Below, one piece after another: positions 27,091 through 36,000 of a stretch of DNA of 64,000 nt (its first letter is position 1; each line of letters begins with the position of its first letter). The notes under the pieces were generated by a model, which was given only the letters and a program-made list of their open reading frames with translations, was not told where the DNA came from and did not search any database. The DNA comes from Fimbriiglobus sp. (GTDB taxonomy: Bacteria; Planctomycetota; Planctomycetia; Gemmatales; Gemmataceae). The stretch is from positions 16,983 to 80,982 of the forward strand of contig JAYTSV010000207.1 of the NCBI GenBank assembly GCA_043745465.1, read 5' to 3'. The position numbers and the translations under genes are program-made.

Positions 27091-28581
27091 TTAGGCTGAA
27101 GCCTTATGCCGCCTGCGCGCCCCGCCGCCCGTGCTGTTGGTTCCGGGGGCGGTCAGGCTATCGAACGCGGCCCGCGTCAACACGAGGGTCTTCTGCTTCA
27201 GCACCGCATAGGCGCATAACTCCGCGGCCGGGAGCACCTTCACGCCGCTGAGGTTGCGGCTCGACTTGTACACGTTCATGTCGTGGCCGGCCGTGGCGAT
27301 CAGCGCCGTCGTGTCGAACAGCGTCACGTCTCTCTCGGTCATCGTCTCGACGTTGTCGGCATCGACGCCCTTGACCATCTTCTTGCCGGCCTTGATCGCC
27401 TTCAAGATCATGACCATCTGCTTGGTCGCGGGGGCCGCCATCGTGAGCGTATCGACGATGATGACCTGGCCGTCGACGAACTTGCTGAGGATCGCCTGGC
27501 GGGTCGCGGCCTTCACGGCCTGCTTGGGCAGGTGGTACTCGTAGTCGCGGGGCTTGGGGCCTTTGGCCGTGCCGCCGCCGCGCCGCTTGTTGGTCCGCAC
27601 CGTACCGGCGCGGGCGTTGCCCGTGCCCTTTTGGCGGAACAGCTTCTTCGTGCTGCCCGCAACCTCGCCGCGGCGGAGGGTCGAGGCGGTACCCGACCGC
27701 TGGTTCGCCAGGTACATCAGCACCGCCTCGTGCAGTAAGGCCTTGCTGATCTTGCCGCCGAAGGCTGCGGGGTTCATCTCGACCGAGCCGACCTTTTCTC
27801 CGTCGGTGTTAACAACCGCCACGCTGATCGGGGCCGCATACTCGGTGACGAGGGCGAGAGGGCGGGACAGCCGCTCGGCAAATTCTTCGTAACCCAGCTT
27901 CCCGACGAGGCCGATGAATTCGGCAGCCAAACCGCCCCGTCGGCTGTCGGCCAGGCAAGAAGCGAGGAGAGGCCAAAGGTCTTGCCGATGAACTGCGTCT
28001 TTCGCGAACCCGACGAGGAACAGCGTCACCGGGATGCGACGCGTTTTCAGCAGCTCCACCACACCGGGCAACTCTCTAACGGCGGCGGCCCCGTCCACCC
28101 GGAAGAGCAGTCCATGGGCTGCGGCGGCGTAGTTGTGGCCTCGGAGATCCCGATCGATCATGTGGCGTACGGCTCCTTCCCCCTGATGTGGCACCCAGTG
28201 CGTCGTCAGACAGAACAGGGCCTCTCGGTGAATATCGACGTGGGGGTCAGGCCGGCCCCTCAGTCCGGAATTCTGGGCGATCGATGAGACCAAGGCGGTG
28301 CATCCGGGTGCCGGGCAGCCGGTCAGTACGGTGAGGAGTCGGGCCACCGCGGCCCGGGACTCGCCGGTAACCGGGCGAGAGAAAAATCCTTTTAACAGTG
28401 CTGACGCACGGGTGCCGAACCCCGCCCGCGTCGCCTCGGGCGCGTCGTGAAGGAGTGAGAGGAAGTGAGTGAAGGGGTTGGGGTAGTCCTGGGGCAGGGT
28501 CACGCCTCGGACCGGACGGCCCGCGACAAGATCTCCCAGTCGGTCCTGGTAAACCCACAGCACGCTCTGGACGTTACTCAT
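27091..28581 (-). CDS. rplD: Fusion of an unknown ~250-aa helical domain to an essentially complete ribosomal protein uL4 (496 aa)
   Basis: Residues ~252-476 (nt 27828-27154) read ISVAVVNTDGEKVG...LLHEAVLMYLANQRSGT...RGEVAGSTKKLFRQKGTGNARAG...RRGGGTAKGPKPRDY...SRNLSGVKVL...VLKQKTLVLTRAAF, clearly uL4. Single uninterrupted frame from ATG 28581 with GGGGAG SD. Confidence 0.92.
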   Translation of the reverse strand: MSNVQSVLWVYQDRLGDLVAGRPVRGVTLPQDYPNPFTHFLSLLHDAPEATRAGFGTRASALLKGFFSRPVTGESRAAVARLLTVLTGCPAPGCTALVSSIAQNSGLRGRPDPHVDIHREALFCLTTHWVPHQGEGAVRHMIDRDLRGHNYAAAAHGLLFRVDGAAAVRELPGVVELLKTRRIPVTLFLVGFAKDAVHRQDLWPLLASCLADSRRGGLAAEFIGLVGKLGYEEFAERLSRPLALVTEYAAPISVAVVNTDGEKVGSVEMNPAAFGGKISKALLHEAVLMYLANQRSGTASTLRRGEVAGSTKKLFRQKGTGNARAGTVRTNKRRGGGTAKGPKPRDYEYHLPKQAVKAATRQAILSKFVDGQVIIVDTLTMAAPATKQMVMILKAIKAGKKMVKGVDADNVETMTERDVTLFDTTALIATAGHDMNVYKSSRNLSGVKVLPAAELCAYAVLKQKTLVLTRAAFDSLTAPGTNSTGGGARRRHKASA

Positions 28582-28597
28582 AGCTCTCCCCCGCGGG

Positions 28598-29434
28598 CTA
28601 CCGGATGACCTCGACGAACGTCACGTTGCGCTTTCCGAGTTCCTGTGTCACCACCTCCTCCGCGCCGCGGCAGGGTGCACTGTGCTGAGGGTCGGGCATC
28701 GGCTGCGTAAGGTCTTGCGTCCACCCGTGACTCGGAACCGGAGTCCCGCGCGTGTACGGCTCAGGAATGAAGTGCGGGTTGTCGAACGCGTCGTAGCCTG
28801 TGGGCACGAAAATTCCCGGGATCGGCTGTCCGGCTAATCGCAGGCGGATGACGGCCGTCGCGTCCAAGTCCCCGCCGATCCCCAAGAATCTGCGCAGGTC
28901 GGCCACGCTGGCCCGAGGGAAATCGACCACCCGCTCCTCTGACGCCCAGAACAGCCGCCTAAGAGTGTTGCGGAACACTGCCCGCTCGCAGAGAATTTCG
29001 TCGAAGGTGCCTGCGCCTAAGAGAGCCATGTCGTGGGCGAACTCTCGTGGCAGGCGGCTGTAGCGGCTTAACGTCGCCGGCTCCAGATACCGATTCTCTG
29101 GTGTGGTGAACGACGCCGCCGGCATGATGGTCGTCAGGGGTCCTATGAACGTGGCCGGAGGCCCCGCACAGACCAGGCAGGGCTTTTCGCCCGGCGAGCC
29201 GTTGATCGCCTGCAGTGCCTGTCGCTTCGCGTCTTCCAGCGAGGGCTGGGGAGGGAGTCGGGTGCCGAACACTTCCAGGTGTTCAGCCGCATGCGCGTCG
29301 TTGTGGTGCAGCAAGTCGTCCGCGTCGAAGTTGCCCGACACCGCTTGGTGCTCAGGTTGGCTACTGAGACGTTGCCACCACCCGGCCAACTTCGCGGCAG
29401 ACCGGCAGTTCACGACGCGATCCTGAAACGGCAT
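28598..29434 (-). CDS. Unknown 278-aa protein, co-operonic with the uL4 fusion; weak ART-like motif pattern
   Basis: AGGAG SD before ATG 29434; stop is 16 bp from the fusion start. C-terminal half RRLFWAS...LRRFLGI...FVPTGYDAFDNPHF...HGWTQDL...GAEEVV. Confidence 0.75.
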   Translation of the reverse strand: MPFQDRVVNCRSAAKLAGWWQRLSSQPEHQAVSGNFDADDLLHHNDAHAAEHLEVFGTRLPPQPSLEDAKRQALQAINGSPGEKPCLVCAGPPATFIGPLTTIMPAASFTTPENRYLEPATLSRYSRLPREFAHDMALLGAGTFDEILCERAVFRNTLRRLFWASEERVVDFPRASVADLRRFLGIGGDLDATAVIRLRLAGQPIPGIFVPTGYDAFDNPHFIPEPYTRGTPVPSHGWTQDLTQPMPDPQHSAPCRGAEEVVTQELGKRNVTFVEVIR

Positions 29435-29603
29435 GAGACAGGCTCCTGGCACCGGACCGCGTGGCGACCTTACCGCGGGGGCTGTACCGCGGTGCCTCAC
29501 GCATAGACGAGCTGGCCAGTATATCCAGGTGCCGCCGCCGTACAATCGCCTCAATAACAATAATGCTGGTTACTCGCGGTGACCCTTCAGCCACATGATT
29601 CTG

Positions 29604-30581
29604 TTAGCCCACTCGCCGGTAGCCCGCATGGTTCCTAGCCAAGGCTCGATCGATCTCGGCTTGGAGGTGGGAGTTCCTTGAGTCGCCGTACATGTAAAGG
29701 CGACGGAGCGCCGGCAACCGGGGTGACACCGCCACGGCGCGGATCGCGTCTGCCGTCAGCGTGTTGCCCTCCAGGACTAGCGTTTCGAGGGAAGTGAGGT
29801 GGGGGGAGGCGGCGATGGCGCAGGCCCCCGAGTCACCGATGGCGTTGTACCCCAGGTCGAGCCGGCGGACACGTGTCATGGCCGACGAGCCCACAAGGGC
29901 AATCGCCCCGGCGTCAGCGACCCGGTTGTGCATCAGGTCTAGGTACTCGAGCTGCCCGCCCTCGCCCGGTTCGAAGCAGGACGCCTCTGCGAGGGCGGTC
30001 GCGCCGGCCGGGCCGACCGAGTTGCCGCGCAACACCAGCCCCCGTACGGCCCCGACCCAGGGGCACCGCGCGGTTAGGGCGACGCACCCGGCGTCCCCGA
30101 CGCGGCTGTGACTGAAGTCCGCCCAGTCGATCTGACCGCTGCCGAGGCCGACCGCCTCCGTGAATTCCGCGTGGACGGTGAAGCGAGCGAAGAGGACCGC
30201 GCGGACAGTAGGATTCGTTCTGAGCAGGCAGCCGTCGAGAGAGGCTACGGTGGCGGGCTGGAGCGTGATCTTCCAGGGGAACCCGCGGTGGAGTGCGACT
30301 TCGAACCTGTCGAAGTCGGCGGCGGCCGGCCGGAAATGCGGCCCGTAATCGCCTAAGAGACCCCGCTCGCGGGCTACCAGAGACGCCCGCTCCTCCTCGC
30401 CTGTCACCGACGCCAACTCGCACTGGACGCGGATCAGTTCGGCCCAGACATCCCGGCCGTGCTCGTCCAGCCAGTCGGCGAACACGAGGCGCGGCAAGTC
30501 GTCGTCGGGGGCTTGTGCCACCGCCGCAATCAAAGCCCGCTCGTCGTCACCGGCGGGGCCGTCCTTGGCCAACAGTTCCAT
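29604..30581 (-). CDS. TIGR02996-domain leucine-rich-repeat protein
   Basis: ALIAAVAQAPDDDLPRLVFADWLDEHG...AELIRVQCELA, then RI-like LRRs (LVLRGNSVG, LDLMHNRVA, LDLGYNAIG, LVLEGNTLT). Confidence 0.9.
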   Translation of the reverse strand: MELLAKDGPAGDDERALIAAVAQAPDDDLPRLVFADWLDEHGRDVWAELIRVQCELASVTGEEERASLVARERGLLGDYGPHFRPAAADFDRFEVALHRGFPWKITLQPATVASLDGCLLRTNPTVRAVLFARFTVHAEFTEAVGLGSGQIDWADFSHSRVGDAGCVALTARCPWVGAVRGLVLRGNSVGPAGATALAEASCFEPGEGGQLEYLDLMHNRVADAGAIALVGSSAMTRVRRLDLGYNAIGDSGACAIAASPHLTSLETLVLEGNTLTADAIRAVAVSPRLPALRRLYMYGDSRNSHLQAEIDRALARNHAGYRRVG

Positions 30582-30921
30582 CTCTAGAACGTATCGGCTG
30601 TTTCGCGGCGGCCGACAAGCGCAAAGTGGGTGGCGGCAGGCTCAGGGGTTGCGGGCGACCGGGTCTTGTCTCGGCCGGCGATCAGGGCGACGACAAACGA
30701 GCCATACACTACAGGTGACCCGTGCAGGCACCTTAGATCGCGAGCGGGACGCATGCGAAACTGAGCGGGCTACTCCCGCGGCGGTTACCCACGGGCGTCC
30801 GCGGCCTTAGCCACGGGGATCGCTGGCAGCGGCCGCCCGCGGGTAAACGCACCCTTGCCAAGCGTGACGCGCGGGGTGTAGAAGCGGGTAGAAGACTTAT
30901 TAAGGAGGCGGACGGGGGCGG

Positions 30922-31554
30922 GTGACCAGGGCGGTTCAGGACTTAATTCTCAAGCCGATGCAGGCGATTTTTCCGCCGCCGCTCCACCTGCGGCAGGACG
31001 CCCAGCGCCGGGCGGCCGCGCTCGCCGCCTACGCGGACGCGCTCGCGGACTTCGACGCGGCAACGCTCGCTTCCGCTTGGATGGCGGTCGTCGCCCAGCA
31101 CACGTTCTGGTGCTGGCCCTCAGCCGGCACGATCGCCGAGGCGTGCCGCCGCTTCGCCCCCCCGCCCCCGGCCGGGGGCGAGCAAGAGAAACTCGGGCAA
31201 CAGGCCGAGGCGATGGCCGACGCGTACACGGCGCGGTTCATGAAGACGACCCACGTCGCCAGACTGGCCCGGGCCGGAGGTTGGGACGCGAAGCTCGCCG
31301 AGTTCGTCCGGGACGCCGCCAACGTGCAGGGACAACTGATCTGCGGCGTGCGGGGCGTGTCGTTCGCCTCGACCCTGGTGCCGCCCGAGCAGCGGCACCT
31401 TTCAGCGGCCGAGTTCTTCGCCGGCTACCGGGAAACGGTGGCGGCCGCGGTTGAGTGCGGCCGCATCCGCGTCACCGTCCCGCCGGCCCGGCTGCGCGAG
31501 TGGAAGGCCGCACTCGGTGCCGCCGGGCAGGACCGCCCGGCGGGCCGCGGTTGA
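30922..31554 (+). CDS. Hypothetical protein; N-terminus resembles phage helicase loader/inhibitor proteins
   Basis: Strong TAAGGAGG SD; AYADALADFD...AW.AVV....WCWPSAGTIAEAC pattern. Confidence 0.55.
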   Translation: MTRAVQDLILKPMQAIFPPPLHLRQDAQRRAAALAAYADALADFDAATLASAWMAVVAQHTFWCWPSAGTIAEACRRFAPPPPAGGEQEKLGQQAEAMADAYTARFMKTTHVARLARAGGWDAKLAEFVRDAANVQGQLICGVRGVSFASTLVPPEQRHLSAAEFFAGYRETVAAAVECGRIRVTVPPARLREWKAALGAAGQDRPAGRG

Positions 31555-31880
31555 GCGGCTAGTCCGCCGCCGGCACTGGGTGCGGCCGCAGGACGATCGA
31601 GAACTGCGGGCCGAGCGGGACGACGTCCAGCAAGACGGCGATGTCGCCGCCGTCTCGGGCGTGAGCGAGTCGGATGTCAGCGTCGAAGGCGGTGCGGCCG
31701 CTCCGCTAAGGCACGTCGTGGGCCTGGCTACGCACTACCGTTTGAATGGAAGAGGCGAACGCTGGGTAGCTATGCGTCACCGCAGGCCGGCCGAATGGGT
31801 GGTTCTCGCGTGGGGGCGACGAACACGGGGGCCGGATGGAACGCGGTGTTGACACGGGTCGCGCAGACCGAAGCGGAACC

Positions 31881-32846
31881 TCAACGGGTCATATCGTAAC
31901 CCGCTGCCCGAACGAACCAGCTCGGGTGCTTTTGGAACATCGCGAACGTGCCTTTGTAGCCGCCGAACTCTAGGCTCATGTCGGGAGGAAAGCCCGCTCG
32001 GGTCAGCTGTAACATCCCTTGCCAGGTAACCCCCCACGGCTCGCCGCCGCGGAAATCTTGCAGCACCAGTTGGCTCAGGCTCCCGAGTCTTTGTGAGTTC
32101 ACAATAGCCTCGACCCCTTCATCGCTGATCCAGTTTGAGGATACGTCGAGATGCGTTAACTGTTCAGCCATTGGCGAATCGACTAATACGCGTACACCTC
32201 CCGCCGTGATATGATTGTGGCGTAGGTTAAGGTAGCGTAATGATGGAAGACATGGAGTGTACGCGAGCAGTGCCACCCCGTCGTCATCGATGCCGCACCC
32301 GTGAAGTCCGAGTTCCGCCAGACCGTTCAAGTGATCCGACGCTGTTAGGGCACGCAACCCTTCCAGGGACAAAAAGCAGCGCGCCAAATCGAGTTGGTCC
32401 AACCGCTGCGATGAAGGACAGGAGGCTACCACTTCCGCCGCGGGGGAGTCACCACGCGCGTGGCATTGCACCCTCAGCCTATGAACCGTTGGCGGGCAGG
32501 CTTCGAGAAGCTGCTCAAGTTTGTCCAGCCGATCATCGCGTATCCACACTCCCTCCAGAATCCCGCGGTAGTATTCGACATTGTCCGCGCCCGCAGCGTA
32601 GAGAGGCCTTGCCCACTCGCGGGCGTGGGCTTTGACCATGGCCCCGGCCAGTACAGCCAGTTTCGTGGCCCCGTCAGGGTCAGTCGGCTGAACATTATAA
32701 GCTTCGCACTGGATGCGAATCAGCGAGGCTTCGTCGTCGTGCCCGTGCTCTTCGAGCCAGTCGGCATACACTAGCCGCACAAGATCGTCCGCGGGATTAG
32801 CGCGGATGACTTTCAGGAAACAGGCTTGGTCCGTGTCGAGAATCAT
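31881..32846 (-). CDS. Second TIGR02996-domain LRR protein
   Basis: FLKVIRANPADDLVRLVYADWLEEHG...LIRIQCE, then LRRs (LDLARCFLS, LGLHGCGID, LNLRHNHIT, LDVSSNWIS). Confidence 0.9.
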   Translation of the reverse strand: MILDTDQACFLKVIRANPADDLVRLVYADWLEEHGHDDEASLIRIQCEAYNVQPTDPDGATKLAVLAGAMVKAHAREWARPLYAAGADNVEYYRGILEGVWIRDDRLDKLEQLLEACPPTVHRLRVQCHARGDSPAAEVVASCPSSQRLDQLDLARCFLSLEGLRALTASDHLNGLAELGLHGCGIDDDGVALLAYTPCLPSLRYLNLRHNHITAGGVRVLVDSPMAEQLTHLDVSSNWISDEGVEAIVNSQRLGSLSQLVLQDFRGGEPWGVTWQGMLQLTRAGFPPDMSLEFGGYKGTFAMFQKHPSWFVRAAGYDMTR

Positions 32847-32894
32847 GTCGAGGCCTAATCGTCGTTAATCCCTCCATATCATGCCATTGCACAG

Positions 32895-32923
32895 TTAAAT
32901 AAATATTAAATATTTTAAATAAT
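32895..32923. promoter_or_regulatory. 29-bp pure A/T block in a divergent promoter region
   Basis: TTAAATAAATATTAAATATTTTAAATAAT between the LRR gene (minus) and the SIR2 gene (plus). Confidence 0.55.
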
Positions 32924-33010
32924 GCCACCTTGATTTGCCAGATTTGCTGCCTTTGTGCTGGACCCAGTATCCTCACTGGGCGACAATTTGCCGGTCACCG
33001 AGGGCCCACG

Positions 33011-36000
33011 ATGAGCGTAGTCACTCCGACTGACTTGAATACGGTCAAGTCAGTCAAGGTCATGGATGCGGTCCGCACGGCTTGGTACGCTGGCCGCCCG
33101 ATCGTGCCGATCGTAGGCGCGGGTCTGTCCGCCGACTCCGGGTTTCCGGTACTCTCGTCCGTGACGCGGTACTTCGGGAAGTTCAAGTCTTACGTCTCGT
33201 CCCGCGCGTACCTCTTCCCGACTGACAAGCGCGATCCGCTCGAGGCGCTGGCGTTGCAGTACGACGACGCGCCGTGGCGCTTCGTCGAGGACTTCGGCTG
33301 GCCCGACCGGTTCCAGTTGAACCAAGACCTGCTGACGTACCTCAACGGAACGGGCGACAGGGCCACGCCGAGTAAGGTCGTCGAGCAGTCTGTCCGGGAT
33401 GGGCTGGATGCCGTCCTCCGGCACATCAACCCGCATGGGTGGGAGCAGTTCCAACGTCTTAAAACCGCTGTTGTGGGTGGAAAGACTTCCAGCGGCGAAT
33501 CGGTCCATGGAGCCCTTGACCCGAGGTACGCTCTTGACCGAACGGCGCGGTTGATCGACGGGATGGATTTGCGCCCCGTCGGGCACCGCCCATTAAATCC
33601 CGTGGACCTGGGCGGTCAGGCGCTCCCCCGCGTTCTTGGTGCCCTCCGCAATCACGTAGAGGAGCGGTTTGAACGGTTCTGGTCGAACAGTGTCGCTTTC
33701 GACCTGGTCGGCGACTGGAAGAAACTAATCCAGTACTTCACCCGATCCCAGGGGGACTACGCCGACGCCCTCTTCGCCACGTTCGGGGCCAGCCGCGAGC
33801 CCTCGCCCGGCCACCGCTACCTGGCCTTCCTCGCCAAGCTCCTGGGCTGCCGCACGATCTTCACGTTCAACTTCGACACCCTGATCGAGCAGGCTCTGGA
33901 GGCCGAGGGCGTGAGGCCCGAGGTGTTCGCCATGGAGGCCGGGGCCGGGCTGCCCCACCACACGCTAATCCGCGACGCAGTTGCCGTGATCAAGCTGCAC
34001 GGCGGGAACCACTCGCTGCTCCTGGACGAGCGGCTCGACCGACCGCTCGGGGACGAGTACATGAATCGCTTCGACCGCATCGTCCGCGAGAACCCGCTCC
34101 TGCTGGTCGTGGGGTGCAGCGGGAACGATTACCGGCTCCGCGACCTCGTCCTGCACGTCCTGAAGCGAGCCCAGGCCGGCCGGGCGCGGTCCGGTCGGCC
34201 GGCGGCCGGGCCGGACGTCGTGTGGCTCCACTACGAGCGCGACGCGCCGGCCTTTCTCGACACCTTCGTCGGCGACTCCACGGTGCGACAAGCCGCGGTG
34301 TACGCCCAGGGGACGAACAGCCCAGGTGCGGCACTCCTGCACCTGCATTCGTGGCTAACACGCCGCTGCCCGGCGGGCCGGAGCCCTTACCTCACGCACG
34401 TGCAGCGTCCGATCCCGCTCCGCGGGCCGTTGGCCGACAAGGCGTTCGAGACCCTCGGGGACAGCAACTTCTACCTCTGCTCGACCCTCGCCGAGGCCCC
34501 GGTCCCGACGGCGTCGGCGTCGCAGACCGTACTCAGTCTGGCCCTCGACTGGTCGCGTAACGGCTACCAGACGATCTGGGTCGACCTGGAGTCCGTCCAC
34601 ACCCTGGCGGGGGTGGTCGGCGCGATCGTGGACCAGTGCCGTCAACTCGACGCGACCCTCCCCCCGTCCGTCCTGCCGCTCGACGACCTGGGGACCAACG
34701 CCGAGTCCGTCATCGGGCGCGCGGTCGAACTGGTGGTGCGGGCGCTCCGGCGGACCAGGTACCTCGTCGTGCTGGACGGCCTGGAGACCTACCCCTGGCC
34801 GGCCACCACGCACCACGGCCTCACGCACCTATACCACCACCGCGGCGTGGTGAGACTGACGAACCTGTGCAAGTTCTTGATAGATCTCGTCGGCAAGGAG
34901 TTAGGGGAGTCGCGAGTCTGTTTGGCTGTCGATGGATCGAAGTCCCGACACGTGAACCCTACGCTCGACCAAGAATTGGGCCTCCGTGAGAAGGTGAAGA
35001 AGTTACAGCTTAGCGCAGTATGCGTCGCCCCCGAGCGTCTGGAGCAGAAGGGTCAGGATCAGGTTCGGCTTCCCTCATTGATCAACTGCTTGAAGACTCC
35101 TGAGGCGCAAGACGAATCGCCGCTCGTGGCCGTGACAGCGGACGGTGGGACGACACTGGCGGCCGCGGGTGTCGGACCCCTGGTCTTGTTCTACCTCGCT
35201 TGTTTTCGGAGGACCCGGACCCTCGTGTCGCTCGACACGGTGCTACGGCCGATCCTCGGCAGCCGGGGGGCGGTCGATGCCGCTTTGGCCGCCCTGCCCA
35301 TTGAGAGCACGCCGTGGCTCGGGATGACTGTGCTGGAGGGGGGGAGTCACTGGTTCGACCGGAGGGTAAGGAACTACCTCTACGAAAACTGCACGAACTT
35401 CACTTCGACTGGCCATTTAGAGCGGTGTTTTTCAAAAGACCCGCAGACTTGTAACCTGCGGGCGGCGGCGGCCCAACTGCTCCTGACTGCGGTCGTGCAT
35501 CAGCATATCGCGAGGGTGTACCACTCGACGCTGTTCGTGCAGTCCCAAGACGCCGTCTCTTTCATGGAGTACACCTACCACCGGTTGTCGAGCATCCGGA
35601 GCCTCGCCAAATTGATAGGCCTGATCCGACACGTCAAATCCCTCACTCCCGAACACTATCGGGCGGTCGTCGAAGGCGTACGGCTTTGCGGCGAAGCCTT
35701 CCGGCAGGCGTCCCCAGGCTCGATTGACGCCTTCGACGCGACACAATTCGAGGTCGATGACTCCAACCCGCCGCAAGGGCCGCTGACGAAGGTCGTTCGC
35801 AGACTGTTCGACTGGACGCCCGGCATAAAAACCCCCAAATTCGCCGCCGAACAGTTTGCAAGTGATAACTCCTGGGCGGCAGTAATCAAACTAATCGAGC
35901 GGGAACTCCAAGAACGTCACCGACGCGAACTTCAAAGCCTCCACCGGGCGTGGGTTCGCTGCGAGGGCGTGGTGCGAGCCCAGGTGCCCGCCGAGCAACT

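Noticed and set aside
27600-27660. uL4 copy as a macrolide-resistance allele
   Set aside because: The tunnel loop keeps the wild-type RQKGTG sequence with no visible substitution or indel; resistance by another route cannot be excluded without an assay.
27091-27828. uL4 region as the housekeeping rplD of the S10 operon
   Set aside because: No rpsJ, rplC, rplW or rplB nearby; it is in frame with a 250-aa foreign domain and has no SD of its own that I could see.
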